Below are positions 29,846-38,550 of a stretch of DNA of 64,000 bases, piece by piece. Both the position numbers and the translations under genes were made by a program. The stretch covers positions 1,696,001 to 1,760,000 of the forward strand of contig CBDETY010000003.1 in the NCBI GenBank assembly GCA_965243025.1. Direction: 5' to 3'. How positions within the stretch are numbered: the stretch's first letter is position 1; each line of letters begins with the position of its first letter. The notes under the pieces were generated by a model. The model was not told the origin of the DNA. It saw only the letters and a program-made list of their open reading frames with translations, and made no database searches. Origin of the DNA: Candidatus Latescibacterota bacterium (GTDB lineage: Bacteria > Latescibacterota > UBA2968 > UBA8231).

Positions 29846-29920
29846 TGGAGCGGGAGACGGGAATCGAACCCGCGACATCAAGCTTGGGAAGCTTGCGTTC
29901 TACCCCTGAACTACTCCCGC
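29846..29920 (-). tRNA. tRNA-Gly(CCC)
   Basis: GCGGGAGTAGTTCAGGGGTAGAACGCAAGCTTCCCAAGCTTGATGTCGCGGGTTCGATTCCCGTCTCCCGCTCCA. Confidence 0.96.
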
Positions 29921-30014
29921 TCCAGAAGAGGCTGTTCCTCCCGGGTCTCCTGCCTTCGTCGAGAACGCCTTCGGGTAGGTGCCAATTGAAGCCAACTATT
30001 TGTTGTTTAACAAG

Positions 30015-31061
30015 TTAAGATAATGGATCGAAACTCTGTGTCAATGTCTGTTCATCCTGGAAACCGGTGTGTCCAGGTTCCAGTTCAGCAGCGGCCCCGA
30101 CGCAGTTCACCTGGGCTGCAATTCGCTCCAACGCCCCCCGTTCCCCAAGGTTGTCGAGATCGAGCCAGCGCAGGCGGCGGTCCTTTCTGAACCAGGTGAT
30201 TTGACGCTTCGCGTATCTGCGCGAACGCCGTTTGATCGCCTCGACCTCCCTCGCCAAGTCGGTTCCGTTCTCGATATGACGGGCAAGTTCCTCGTACCCA
30301 AGCGAACCGAGACCTGCGCTGGACCTGGTGAACCCCATTTCAAGCAGCTTGGCGGTCTCAAGCACCCACCCCTCTGCCATCATGGCATCGACGCGGTCAT
30401 TCACGCGCCGGTACAAGGCTCCGCGATCGCGCCACAAACCGAACATGATCGGTGTATCTTCAAGCCCGGTCCGGGAATGCGAGCGAAAATGCTGTGACCG
30501 ATTTGCCGGGGTTCCCAGGGCGATCTCCAGGGCGCGAAGAATGCGGGGCTCATCGTTTGGGGATATTCTGGCGTAAGCGATCGGATCGAGTCTGGCGAGC
30601 TCGTTATGAAGACTTGCCAGGCCTTCGTCTTGCAACCTGCTGATCAGGGCACGCCTGAGATCGAGATTGGGGCTGTCCGCCTCGAACAGTCCGTCGAGGA
30701 GGGCAGACAGGTACAGGCCCGCCCCCCCGATAAACACCGGCATTACCCCCCGGCACTGAAGTTCGGAAATCAGGGAACGGGCCTCACGCGCGAATCGGCC
30801 TGCGCTGTAGTATTCGTCGGGATCGCAAATGTCGATGAAGTGGTGGACGATCTCCTCCCGGTCTTCACGGGTCGGCTTGGCAGTGCCGATATCCATGAAG
30901 CGATAGATCTGACGGCTGTCGGCAGAGATGATCTCGCCATGGAAATATCGCGCCAACCTGAGTCCAAGGGCTGACTTTCCCACTGCCGTTGGTCCGACAA
31001 TTACGACAGTATCCTTTTTTCTACGTGGGTCGGTCAATTTCCCGTCGATGCCACAATTCAA
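30015..31061 (-). CDS. miaA: tRNA dimethylallyltransferase
   Basis: Motifs GPTAVGKS, SADSRQIY, DIGTAKP and YAKRQITWFR. The start may be TTG 31037. Confidence 0.96.
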   Translation of the reverse strand: MNCGIDGKLTDPRRKKDTVVIVGPTAVGKSALGLRLARYFHGEIISADSRQIYRFMDIGTAKPTREDREEIVHHFIDICDPDEYYSAGRFAREARSLISELQCRGVMPVFIGGAGLYLSALLDGLFEADSPNLDLRRALISRLQDEGLASLHNELARLDPIAYARISPNDEPRILRALEIALGTPANRSQHFRSHSRTGLEDTPIMFGLWRDRGALYRRVNDRVDAMMAEGWVLETAKLLEMGFTRSSAGLGSLGYEELARHIENGTDLAREVEAIKRRSRRYAKRQITWFRKDRRLRWLDLDNLGERGALERIAAQVNCVGAAAELEPGHTGFQDEQTLTQSFDPLS

Positions 31062-31093
31062 TACTCAGGACCCCCGGCAGGAAGGATTGAACC

Positions 31094-31132
31094 AAAAAAA
31101 CTCCTGCAATCAATCTCTGATCACAGGAGTTT
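31094..31132 (-). terminator. Intrinsic terminator after the tRNA cluster
   Basis: Minus strand AAACTCCTGTGATCA-GAGAT-TGATTGCAGGAG followed by T7. Confidence 0.8.
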
Positions 31133-31135
31133 GGA

Positions 31136-31213
31136 TGGTCGGGGTGGGCGGATTCGAACCGCCGACCCCCTGCTCCCGAAGCAGGTGCGCTAACCGGACT
31201 GCGCTACACCCCG
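31136..31213 (-). tRNA. tRNA-Pro(CGG)
   Basis: CGGGGTGTAGCGCAG...CCTGCTT-CGG-GAGCAGG...GTTCGAATCC...CCCCGACCA. Confidence 0.96.
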
Positions 31214-31307
31214 AAGCCGACCATGTGGGGACACCTGAATAGTAAATGGGCCACGAGCCACTAGCTCCCTGTCCAGGGAGATGACCCATGACCCATTTGT
31301 GGAAAGA

Positions 31308-31384
<77 letters not shown>

Positions 31385-31415
31385 ACGACCTGTCTACCTC
31401 ACGAAACGAGAAAAA

Positions 31416-31492
31416 TGGCGAGCTATACAGGATTCGAACCTGTGACCTCTAGCTCCGGAGGCTAGCGCTCTATCCAGCTGAGCTAATAGCTC
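31416..31492 (-). tRNA. tRNA-Arg(CCG)
   Basis: GAGCTATTAGCTCAGCTGGATAGAGCG-CTAGCCT-CCG-GAGCTAG...GTTCGAATCC...GCTCGCCA. Confidence 0.96.
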
Positions 31493-31531
31493 GAATCTGC
31501 GGCCGGATCCCCGTCATAGGGACCACTGCGC

Positions 31532-31627
31532 TTACAGAGCGCGCTTCTTGTGTCGGTTTTTGCGCAAACGCTTCTTGCGTTTGTGTGTGTTGATCTTATG
31601 CCGCTTTCTCTTCCTCCCACACGGCAT
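31532..31627 (-). CDS. 31-aa basic protein of the bS22 / AURKAIP1-COX24 (mS38-like) family
   Basis: Manual translation MPCGRKRKRHKINTHKRKKRLRKNRHKKRAL*, with AGGAG upstream. Too short for the ORF track. Confidence 0.88.
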   Translation of the reverse strand: MPCGRKRKRHKINTHKRKKRLRKNRHKKRAL

Positions 31628-31928
31628 CTTTCTTTGCTCCTGTCGGGGAACCGCTATGTTCAACCCGGCCCCTCAGTTCCTTTGATGGTTTGAAAACCGG
31701 CGCTCGACGTCTCGATATCTTGACCTCAGAACCGGTACGAGGATTGCGCCCTGTTCGCGGCGCTCTACTGATGGCTTTGAATGTTCCGAATCCTCTGATT
31801 TCTATGTGATCGCCGTTCTGCAGGGCATCGACCACGGATTCGATAAAGCCATCGACCACTGCTGCCGTGTCGGTTTTCGTCAAGCCCGTGGCATGGGCGA
31901 TCTGCCGAACGATGTCAGCCTTGGTCAA
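31596..31928 (-). CDS. HU/IHF-family DNA-binding protein
   Basis: (M)TKADIV...IEIRGFGTF...RTGRNPRTG...PVFKPSKEL. TTG start behind GGAGGAG. Confidence 0.95.
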   Translation of the reverse strand: MTKADIVRQIAHATGLTKTDTAAVVDGFIESVVDALQNGDHIEIRGFGTFKAISRAPRTGRNPRTGSEVKISRRRAPVFKPSKELRGRVEHSGSPTGAKKDAVWEEEKAA

Positions 31929-32077
31929 GACCGCTCCTCCCTTTGTCAAGCGTGGCCCGAAGGTTAGGCAGCCCCTTCATTGACGCAATGCTCAAGAGAA
32001 AAAACAGACATATGGTGTTTCCGAATCGATTCAGAATTCCACCGACTGAACCGGATCCCAATTCGGAACGGATCTCG

Positions 32078-32106
32078 ATAATAACCAAACCCCCAGGGGA
32101 TGTCAA
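32078..32106 (-). promoter_or_regulatory. Sigma70 promoter for the HU / bS22 / tRNA unit
   Basis: Minus strand TTGACA-N17-TATTAT. Confidence 0.7.
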
Positions 32107-32231
32107 GGGAATGAAGGAGACCATAGAATCCCGCTATCGTGCTCAGGTCCAGACGCTTACGGCGATTCGTTTTCCGGGAACCCCCGCCCTTTTGGAGCCA
32201 GGTTTTTCATACGGGTAAAACCGTTGAAGAG

Positions 32232-33110
32232 TTACCGAACGGTGTCACCCATGACGAAAACCTCTTCCAGGTCCCAGAAGTCAACCTCCGACTGCAGGAA
32301 TACGGCTTTGAATAAAGGGTCCTTCCGCTGCTCCTTGACCTCGGTGACATACCCGACGGTAATGCCCTTGGGATATCGACCCCCAAGACCGGACGTAACG
32401 ACGCGGTCTCCGGGCTCGATCATACTGCTTGCATCGACGTATCGAAGCTGAAACCTGCCTCCGGGAACCCACGAAACTACCCCATGAGCACGGCCTTGCT
32501 GTACCACAGCGCTGACTCTGGAACGCATGATCAGCTGAACTGTAGAGGCATTCGCGTCTGCGTGAATTACATGCCCTACCAGACCAGCTGCGGTCACCAC
32601 CGGCTGTTCCGTCTGAATTCCTGCCCTGGTTCCGGCGTTGACGACGATGGTGTCGTACAACTGGTCAGGGTCGCGCCCGATGACCTCGGCCGGAATCAGG
32701 TTGCTGAATGGCCGTCGTTGTGTGAACTCAAGCTCCAGGCGAAGCCGGCGATTCTCTTCGACCGCCTCTCGCAGCTGCATTATTTCCAGGGACAGACGGA
32801 CGTTTTCGGAAAGCAAGTACCGGGACTTTATCTCGCTTCGCGAATACCTGACTATCCGGGAGGACAGCCACTGCCCCGAATTCAGGATTGCGGACCGGAA
32901 GTAGCCGGAAATTTGATCCTGGTATACTTCCGGAAGTCCCATCATCGTCAAGGACAGAACTACCGAGAGAAGGATGGCAAGCCCCTTTTTGGGGGCATGC
33001 AGCCCTCCCACAAGCAGCAGAAAAGCCTGAGAGAGACGCGGAATCAGGTAATCAACAGCCTCAGAAAAGGACCTTCTGGTAGCGGTCGAACTCATCGAGG
33101 ACGCGCGCAT
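32232..33110 (-). CDS. mreC: Rod shape-determining protein MreC (start uncertain)
   Basis: TM segment, coiled coil ENRRLR, AEVIGRD, GLVG and VVTSGLGGRYPKGI.VG. Confidence 0.93.
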   Translation of the reverse strand: MRASSMSSTATRRSFSEAVDYLIPRLSQAFLLLVGGLHAPKKGLAILLSVVLSLTMMGLPEVYQDQISGYFRSAILNSGQWLSSRIVRYSRSEIKSRYLLSENVRLSLEIMQLREAVEENRRLRLELEFTQRRPFSNLIPAEVIGRDPDQLYDTIVVNAGTRAGIQTEQPVVTAAGLVGHVIHADANASTVQLIMRSRVSAVVQQGRAHGVVSWVPGGRFQLRYVDASSMIEPGDRVVTSGLGGRYPKGITVGYVTEVKEQRKDPLFKAVFLQSEVDFWDLEEVFVMGDTVR

Positions 33111-34080
33111 TACCGCGGACTACGGCAGACAGGGGATCTTCCGTGTCGAGGTAAGTAGGCAGGCTGGTCGCGTCGATCAGACATTCACGCAATCCCCGCA
33201 GCTTTCCACCACCACCGCTCAGGACCATGCCCCGGTCGAGGATATCAGCCGCCAATTCGGGAGGGGTCCTCTCCAGGGCTCGGCGCACGCCGGCAATGAT
33301 CTGGTCGACAGGTTCACTCAGGGCCTCGCGTATTTCTCGGGAGTCTATGGTAAGGGTCTTCGGAATCGCTGCGACAAGATCTCTACCGCGTACCAGCGCC
33401 TCCTCTTCGGGGTCCAGTGGAATCGCGGAGCCGACCTCGAATTTCACTTGCTCCGCGTTTCGGGGACCAATCAGCAGGTTGTACTTCTTGCGCATCCACT
33501 CGATGATTGCGAGGTCCATCTCGTCACCTGCAACGCGTATCGATTCCGAAGTCACCATCCCGGAGAGGGCGATGACAGCGATCTCCGTAGTACCTCCACC
33601 GATGTCGATCACCATCGAGCCGACCGCCTGCTCTACCGGAAGACCGATTCCGATGGCGGCCGCCATCGGTTCAGAGACCAGGTAGACATCCCGTGCCCCC
33701 ACTCTCTCGCAGGAATTCCGCACCGCCCGCTTTTCCACCTGGGTAGCCCCGGAGGGAACGGAGACGATCATCCTGGGCCTCAGGAAGAGCTTGTTGCGCT
33801 GCACCTTCCGAATAAAATGCCGAATCATCTCTTCGGTGACCTCGAAATCGGCGATGACGCCGTCCTTCAGGGGCCGTATGGTCTCGATTTCGGAATTCTC
33901 ACGGCCCATCATCTCCTTGGCTTCAGCCCCGACGGCAATGGTCTTCTTCGTTATGATGTGTCGTGCCACGATGCTCGGCTCGTTCAACACTATGCCCTCC
34001 CCCTTGACGAAAATCAGAGTGTTGGCGGTGCCGAGATCGATTCCGATATCGTTGGAAAACAAACCATTCAGGAAGCCCAT
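33061..34080 (-). CDS. mreB: Actin-like MreB
   Basis: Motifs IDLGTANT, RPLKDGVIADF, EPMAAAIG and DIGGGTTE. Confidence 0.98.
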   Translation of the reverse strand: MGFLNGLFSNDIGIDLGTANTLIFVKGEGIVLNEPSIVARHIITKKTIAVGAEAKEMMGRENSEIETIRPLKDGVIADFEVTEEMIRHFIRKVQRNKLFLRPRMIVSVPSGATQVEKRAVRNSCERVGARDVYLVSEPMAAAIGIGLPVEQAVGSMVIDIGGGTTEIAVIALSGMVTSESIRVAGDEMDLAIIEWMRKKYNLLIGPRNAEQVKFEVGSAIPLDPEEEALVRGRDLVAAIPKTLTIDSREIREALSEPVDQIIAGVRRALERTPPELAADILDRGMVLSGGGGKLRGLRECLIDATSLPTYLDTEDPLSAVVRGNARVLDEFDRYQKVLF

Positions 34081-34459
34081 TGCAGAGTACTCTTCCTCCT
34101 CACATTCCGTTAATTCGTACCGATTGCCTGGAATTCGGGAACTTTGCGGCTCGCCTCAAAGTTGACCGGCGGGGATGCCGATGGCCTGAAACACCTTCGC
34201 CCCCTTGTCACACCCGCGAATCCAGCCCAGGGTGAATCCCCGGAACAAGGGGGGTTTTGGGGGCCAAATCGTCGCGCCGAAACCTCATTTACTTGCGCGA
34301 AGCGGCGGAAAGATAAGGACACCGAACGAGGTGCGCCAACCGGGGCCATTTTCGCCTAGATGGCGCTAACCTTATATTATTGAACAGCATAAGGATGGTC
34401 AGTCTCTCGATCATCTGCGCATTTTTCGACAACTTCAAAGCCCGCCCGGGAGGCTCAGA

Positions 34460-34960
34460 ATGAACCGTGCTGCCCGCTCCGTTCTACGCAAAATCGGTAC
34501 CGATCCCAACCTCGAGGCGGAACGGGAGCGGCGCATCGAGCAGGAAGCGAATGACGCCACGAGTCGCCTGAACGAGCTGCGTCGCGAATCAGGTGCCGGC
34601 ATACCGGACGGTTTGAGCCAGGTTCCCGAAGAGATGCTCAGCGAATCCGAGAAACGCCACGAAAAGTACAGACGCCAGCAGGAGGTCGCCGGTCGTTTCG
34701 CTCCGGCAGCGGAACGCCTCCCGATCATGACTTCCGACGAGCGCAAGGAACGCGACAAGGACCGTCCCAAGTGGAAGGCCACCAGTTTCGAAGGCCCGAT
34801 CGAGAAACTGATCGAGAAATACGACCGCGATCTCGACGAGGTTCAGCGGCATCTCACCCTTGGTCAGTCCATGAAGTACGAGTTCACCGACGACGGCAAG
34901 GTTCTCGACACTGAGGGAAACACGATATTCGACGGCCAAAGAATCCTTTCGTCGCCCTAG
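34460..34960 (+). CDS. Hypothetical charged protein
   Basis: 166-aa ORF with GGGAGG RBS, divergent from mreB. No recognisable motif. Confidence 0.65.
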   Translation: MNRAARSVLRKIGTDPNLEAERERRIEQEANDATSRLNELRRESGAGIPDGLSQVPEEMLSESEKRHEKYRRQQEVAGRFAPAAERLPIMTSDERKERDKDRPKWKATSFEGPIEKLIEKYDRDLDEVQRHLTLGQSMKYEFTDDGKVLDTEGNTIFDGQRILSSP

Positions 34961-35124
34961 TGTCCCGTCGCAGAGATAGATTGACAAAATTGGGATGCCG
35001 AGGCGCCCGGCTCACAAGGCGCCTGAGCGAGTCGTACCGAGGGTGTACGGCGAGCGAAGGCAACGCCGTGAGCCGGGATGGATCGGCGTCCCAATGTCGA
35101 GATATTTCTGCGACGGGGCACTGG
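34957..35124. mobile_element. Palindromic MITE-like element or structured RNA (168 nt)
   Basis: 22-bp terminal inverted repeats (19/22) CTAGTGTCCCGTCGCAGAGATA / TATTTCTGCGACGGGGCACTGG, plus nested internal stems. Confidence 0.65.
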
Positions 35125-35251
35125 CTTGCCAACGCAACGCCACAGGGCGTTGAATAAAGAGCGCCTCCTGCCTCCACCTGCCTCGCTTTCACGACCTGAA
35201 TCTCACCCGTTTCATACCCCCGCTTTCTGCGACAGCTCTGATCTGCTGTAA

Positions 35252-35506
35252 CGGGATCCCCGACTCCCCACCCGGTCCTTCGGAACGAATCGAGCTTCTT
35301 TCGAAGCGCGGGGGGCGCGGGGGGCGTATGGAAGGGCAATTTACCTCAACATCAACCCTCTCGATGCTTACCCCGGCCTCGGAGACCTGCCGGTTACCTT
35401 GGGAGAACCCCGGCTTGCCATTGAGCAGTTCGACAACGCCTTGCTGATCGATCCGCAACCGGCTGCGGCCAAATCCGGTCAGAAGCGGACGATCGAAGCC
35501 CCATGA
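35252..35506 (+). pseudogene. TPR gene remnant without a start codon
   Basis: Frame reads ...AYGRAIYLNINPLDAYPGLGDLPVTLGEPRLAIEQFDNALLIDPQPAAAKSG..., bounded by TAA at 35249. Confidence 0.5.
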
Positions 35507-35643
35507 CGCCGGGTTCCTGTCTCAAGACCGGGGCGGCGGCAGGCCTGGGTGGACGAACACCAGGTTGCTCTCTCCCCTCCTTTCCCATCAGTTCCGCAAC
35601 TCCCAAACCACCCGGGTTTGCCCGAAGGGGTAGCCAGGCTATC

Positions 35644-36744
35644 ATGCGCCGGTTCGAACTGGCGGGCACCATCGTGGCGGTACTCCTTCTCGGGGCCACA
35701 TCCGGCTGCGGCTTTCGGATCGGGGACCTCCCCTACTTCTGGCATCTGGCAAAAGGCCAGCTGAGGCTGATTGTCAACTGCCGGCCGATCCAGGAGCTGG
35801 TCCTCGAGGAATCTGTCAGCGAAGACGCAGCCCGAAGGCTCGGGTTCGTTTCAGACGTAAAGGCATACGCCTTCGAGGTCATCGGGCTGACTGTTTCCGA
35901 CAACTATAGTTGCTTTGTCGACACCGAAGGCCGCCCGGTGCTCTGGAATGCAAGCGCCTCGCCACCTGACCGCTTCGACCCATACCAGTGGCGTTTCCCC
36001 ATCGCGGGGTCGGTTCCCTACAAGGGTTTCTTCCACCGCGAGCTGGCGATCGCGGAACGGGATTCCCTCCAGGCACGCGGGTACGACGCCATTGCCCGTC
36101 CGGTAGCCGCATACAGCACACTCGGTTTTTTTTCCGACCCGGTGCTCAGCACCATGCTGCAGTACCCCGAGGATGCCCTGGCGGACCTTATCATCCACGA
36201 ACTCACCCACTCTGCGCTTTACGTTCCAGATCACACGGAATTCAACGAAAGCCTGGCGACCTTCGTCGGAAACGTCGGCTCGCTGCGCTTCCTTGAGCAG
36301 CGCTACGGAGTCGACAGCCAAGCGGTTGCCAGGGCTCGGGCCCGCCGCGCGGACGTGGAACTGTTCCGACTCTTCATGCACCAAGTGGTGGCCGACCTCG
36401 ACAGTCTCTACAACCAGCAGCTGCCACGGGAACAGGTCCTTCGCCTCCGGGTCGAACTCTTCGGCGCCTGGCAGCGGCGATTCGAAGCGAAGCTCCAGGA
36501 GTTTTCCGATCCGTCGCGGTATCGGGGATTTCTCGACTGGGAGCTGAACAACGCCCGCCTGTTATCCTACCGACGCTACCACAGCGGCCAGGAAATCTTT
36601 GCGGAACTGTACCGCTTGACAGGAAATGATCTGCGCCAATCCTTGGAGTTGCTCAAAGATTGCGAGGAGGCCGAGGATCCCTGGAGGTTCGCGGAGGATC
36701 TCCTTTTCAGACTCCGCGACCCGGGTAACCCCGGCGAGACCTGA
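35644..36744 (+). CDS. Putative zinc aminopeptidase lipoprotein (DUF2265/Aminopep-like)
   Basis: Lipobox-like TSGC, W.FPIAGSVPYKGFF, AYSTLG.FSDP and HELTH...FNESLATFV. Confidence 0.85.
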   Translation: MRRFELAGTIVAVLLLGATSGCGFRIGDLPYFWHLAKGQLRLIVNCRPIQELVLEESVSEDAARRLGFVSDVKAYAFEVIGLTVSDNYSCFVDTEGRPVLWNASASPPDRFDPYQWRFPIAGSVPYKGFFHRELAIAERDSLQARGYDAIARPVAAYSTLGFFSDPVLSTMLQYPEDALADLIIHELTHSALYVPDHTEFNESLATFVGNVGSLRFLEQRYGVDSQAVARARARRADVELFRLFMHQVVADLDSLYNQQLPREQVLRLRVELFGAWQRRFEAKLQEFSDPSRYRGFLDWELNNARLLSYRRYHSGQEIFAELYRLTGNDLRQSLELLKDCEEAEDPWRFAEDLLFRLRDPGNPGET

Positions 36745-36754
36745 TGGAGGCAGA

Positions 36755-37525
36755 ATGAAATCGGTGCTGGATCGATTCCGTATAGACGGCTCCGTGGCAA
36801 TGGTGACGGGGGCAAGTTTCGGACTTGGAAAGGCCATGGCAGAGGGGCTGGCGGAAGCGGGAGGCGATATCGTCGGAATCAGCCGCGAACGGGGGAATCT
36901 TGCGGAGGTCGAGAAGGCGGTCACAGCCTGCGGGCGCCGGTTTCTCGCCCTGGAATGTGACGTCGGGGACCGGGGCCAGCTGCGGGAAGCCGTATCCGCT
37001 TCCCACCGCTGGCAGAACCGGCTGGACATACTGATAAACAACGCCGGAATCATCCACAGGGATGCCGCCGCCGAACACCCGGAAGAGGCCTGGGACCAGG
37101 TTCTGCGCGTCAATCTCGACGCCGTCTGGTTCGGCAGCCAGGAAGCGGGAAAGGTGATGCTGCAGCAGGGCGGCGGGAAGATCATCTCGACCGCCTCGGT
37201 TCTCAGCTTTTCCGGTGGGATTCTCGTTCCCGGGTACGCGGCCAGCAAAGGGGCCATCGCGCAGCTGACCAAGGCCCTCGCCAATGAATGGGCCCCGCAC
37301 GGGGTCAACGTAAACGCCATTGCTCCCGGTTACATGGTAACCCGGAACACCGATGCCCTGCGCGCGGACAGCTCCCGCTCGCAGGCGATTCTCGAGCGCA
37401 TTCCCGCCGCCCGGTGGGGCGACCCGGATGATCTCAAAGGGGCCGCGGTTCTACTTTCTTCTTCGGCCGGGGATTACATACACGGGCACCTGCTCGTGGT
37501 CGACGGGGGCTGGTGTGCCAGGTAG
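36755..37525 (+). CDS. kduD: SDR, 2-dehydro-3-deoxy-D-gluconate 5-dehydrogenase (KduD)-like
   Basis: Motifs TGASFGLG, NNAGII, YAASK, LANEWA and NAIAPGYM.T.NT.ALRAD..RS..IL.RIPA.RWG. Confidence 0.8.
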   Translation: MKSVLDRFRIDGSVAMVTGASFGLGKAMAEGLAEAGGDIVGISRERGNLAEVEKAVTACGRRFLALECDVGDRGQLREAVSASHRWQNRLDILINNAGIIHRDAAAEHPEEAWDQVLRVNLDAVWFGSQEAGKVMLQQGGGKIISTASVLSFSGGILVPGYAASKGAIAQLTKALANEWAPHGVNVNAIAPGYMVTRNTDALRADSSRSQAILERIPAARWGDPDDLKGAAVLLSSSAGDYIHGHLLVVDGGWCAR

Positions 37526-38405
37526 CTCACAGAACCCCGCGCTCCGCGGCAGCCGGATTCTCGTCTATTTAATTGTAATGGCGGGGCTGGGGGCGTCCGG
37601 GTGCGGTTACGCCCGCAGCCGCCTCGCCGAATCCCTGATGGCCGATGTCGCTGCCGCCACGGCGAAACACGATGACGTCACGCTCGTTTCGCAGGCCGTT
37701 CCGACGTTTCTGTTGCTGCTCGAGGGAATGATTGAAGACGACCCCGACAATCCCGGACTCCGGACCGAGGCTGCCAAGGGATATACCAGCTATGGTGTTC
37801 TCGTCGAAGCGGAAGATCCGGAGCGCGCGCGCCGGGTCTACCGCCGCGGCATGGATCACGGTCGCCGTGCCATGGTGCGGAACGACCGCGCCGCGGCGCT
37901 CCTGGATTCGCCGTACCCGGAATTCACCTCCATCACCCAAGTCCTGGAAAAGAAGGACCTCGAGGCTGTCTTCTGGGCGGCGAGCGCCTGGGGAGCATGG
38001 ATCAGCCTGAACACCGGATCGATGGCGGCACTCGCCGGTCTCCCGCGCGTCATACTGTTGATGGAGTGGGTGCTGGAACAGGACGAGACCTACCAGGGCG
38101 GCAGCGCCCACATCTTTCTCGGCATCTACTACGCCGCCCTGCCGCCGATGCTGGGCGGGCAGCCGGAACAGGCCCGATTCCATTTCGAGCGTGCCCTGGA
38201 ATTGACTGAGGAGCAGTCCGCCATTGTATTGGTCCAGATGGCCAGGTTCTACGCCGTGCAGCAATTCGACCGGGAACTCTACGTCTCCCTGCTGGAACGC
38301 GCCCTCGCCATTCCGGCCGACTCGGCCCCAGAGCTGACCTTGCAAAACGAGGCCGCTCACCGACAGGCCCGCCGGCTTCTGCTGGAAACCGACGATATTT
38401 TTTAG
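37515..38405 (+). CDS. TRAP-associated TPR lipoprotein (TatT-like T component)
   Basis: GTG start gives a lipoprotein signal ending GASGC. FW.A.AWG.WI and G.YYA..P...GG..E.A..HFERAL present; precedes dctPQM. Confidence 0.8.
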   Translation: MPGSSQNPALRGSRILVYLIVMAGLGASGCGYARSRLAESLMADVAAATAKHDDVTLVSQAVPTFLLLLEGMIEDDPDNPGLRTEAAKGYTSYGVLVEAEDPERARRVYRRGMDHGRRAMVRNDRAAALLDSPYPEFTSITQVLEKKDLEAVFWAASAWGAWISLNTGSMAALAGLPRVILLMEWVLEQDETYQGGSAHIFLGIYYAALPPMLGGQPEQARFHFERALELTEEQSAIVLVQMARFYAVQQFDRELYVSLLERALAIPADSAPELTLQNEAAHRQARRLLLETDDIF

Positions 38406-38550
38406 GTCGGCACCCGCTCGAGAGGAAACGCGGAGTCCTGTCCGGATTCTGTTTCGCCGAAAGATACCCGGGAAAGGCAAACATTTTTTCACGTCGCAGG
38501 GGCCAGCAGCCCTGTCTCCGGTACAATTCGCCGAATCGGCGGATGGCGGG

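Noticed and set aside
31562-31586. GCGCAAACGC/GCGTTTGTGT hairpin as an HU terminator
   Set aside because: No U-tract on the minus strand, and it lies within the bS22-like coding sequence.
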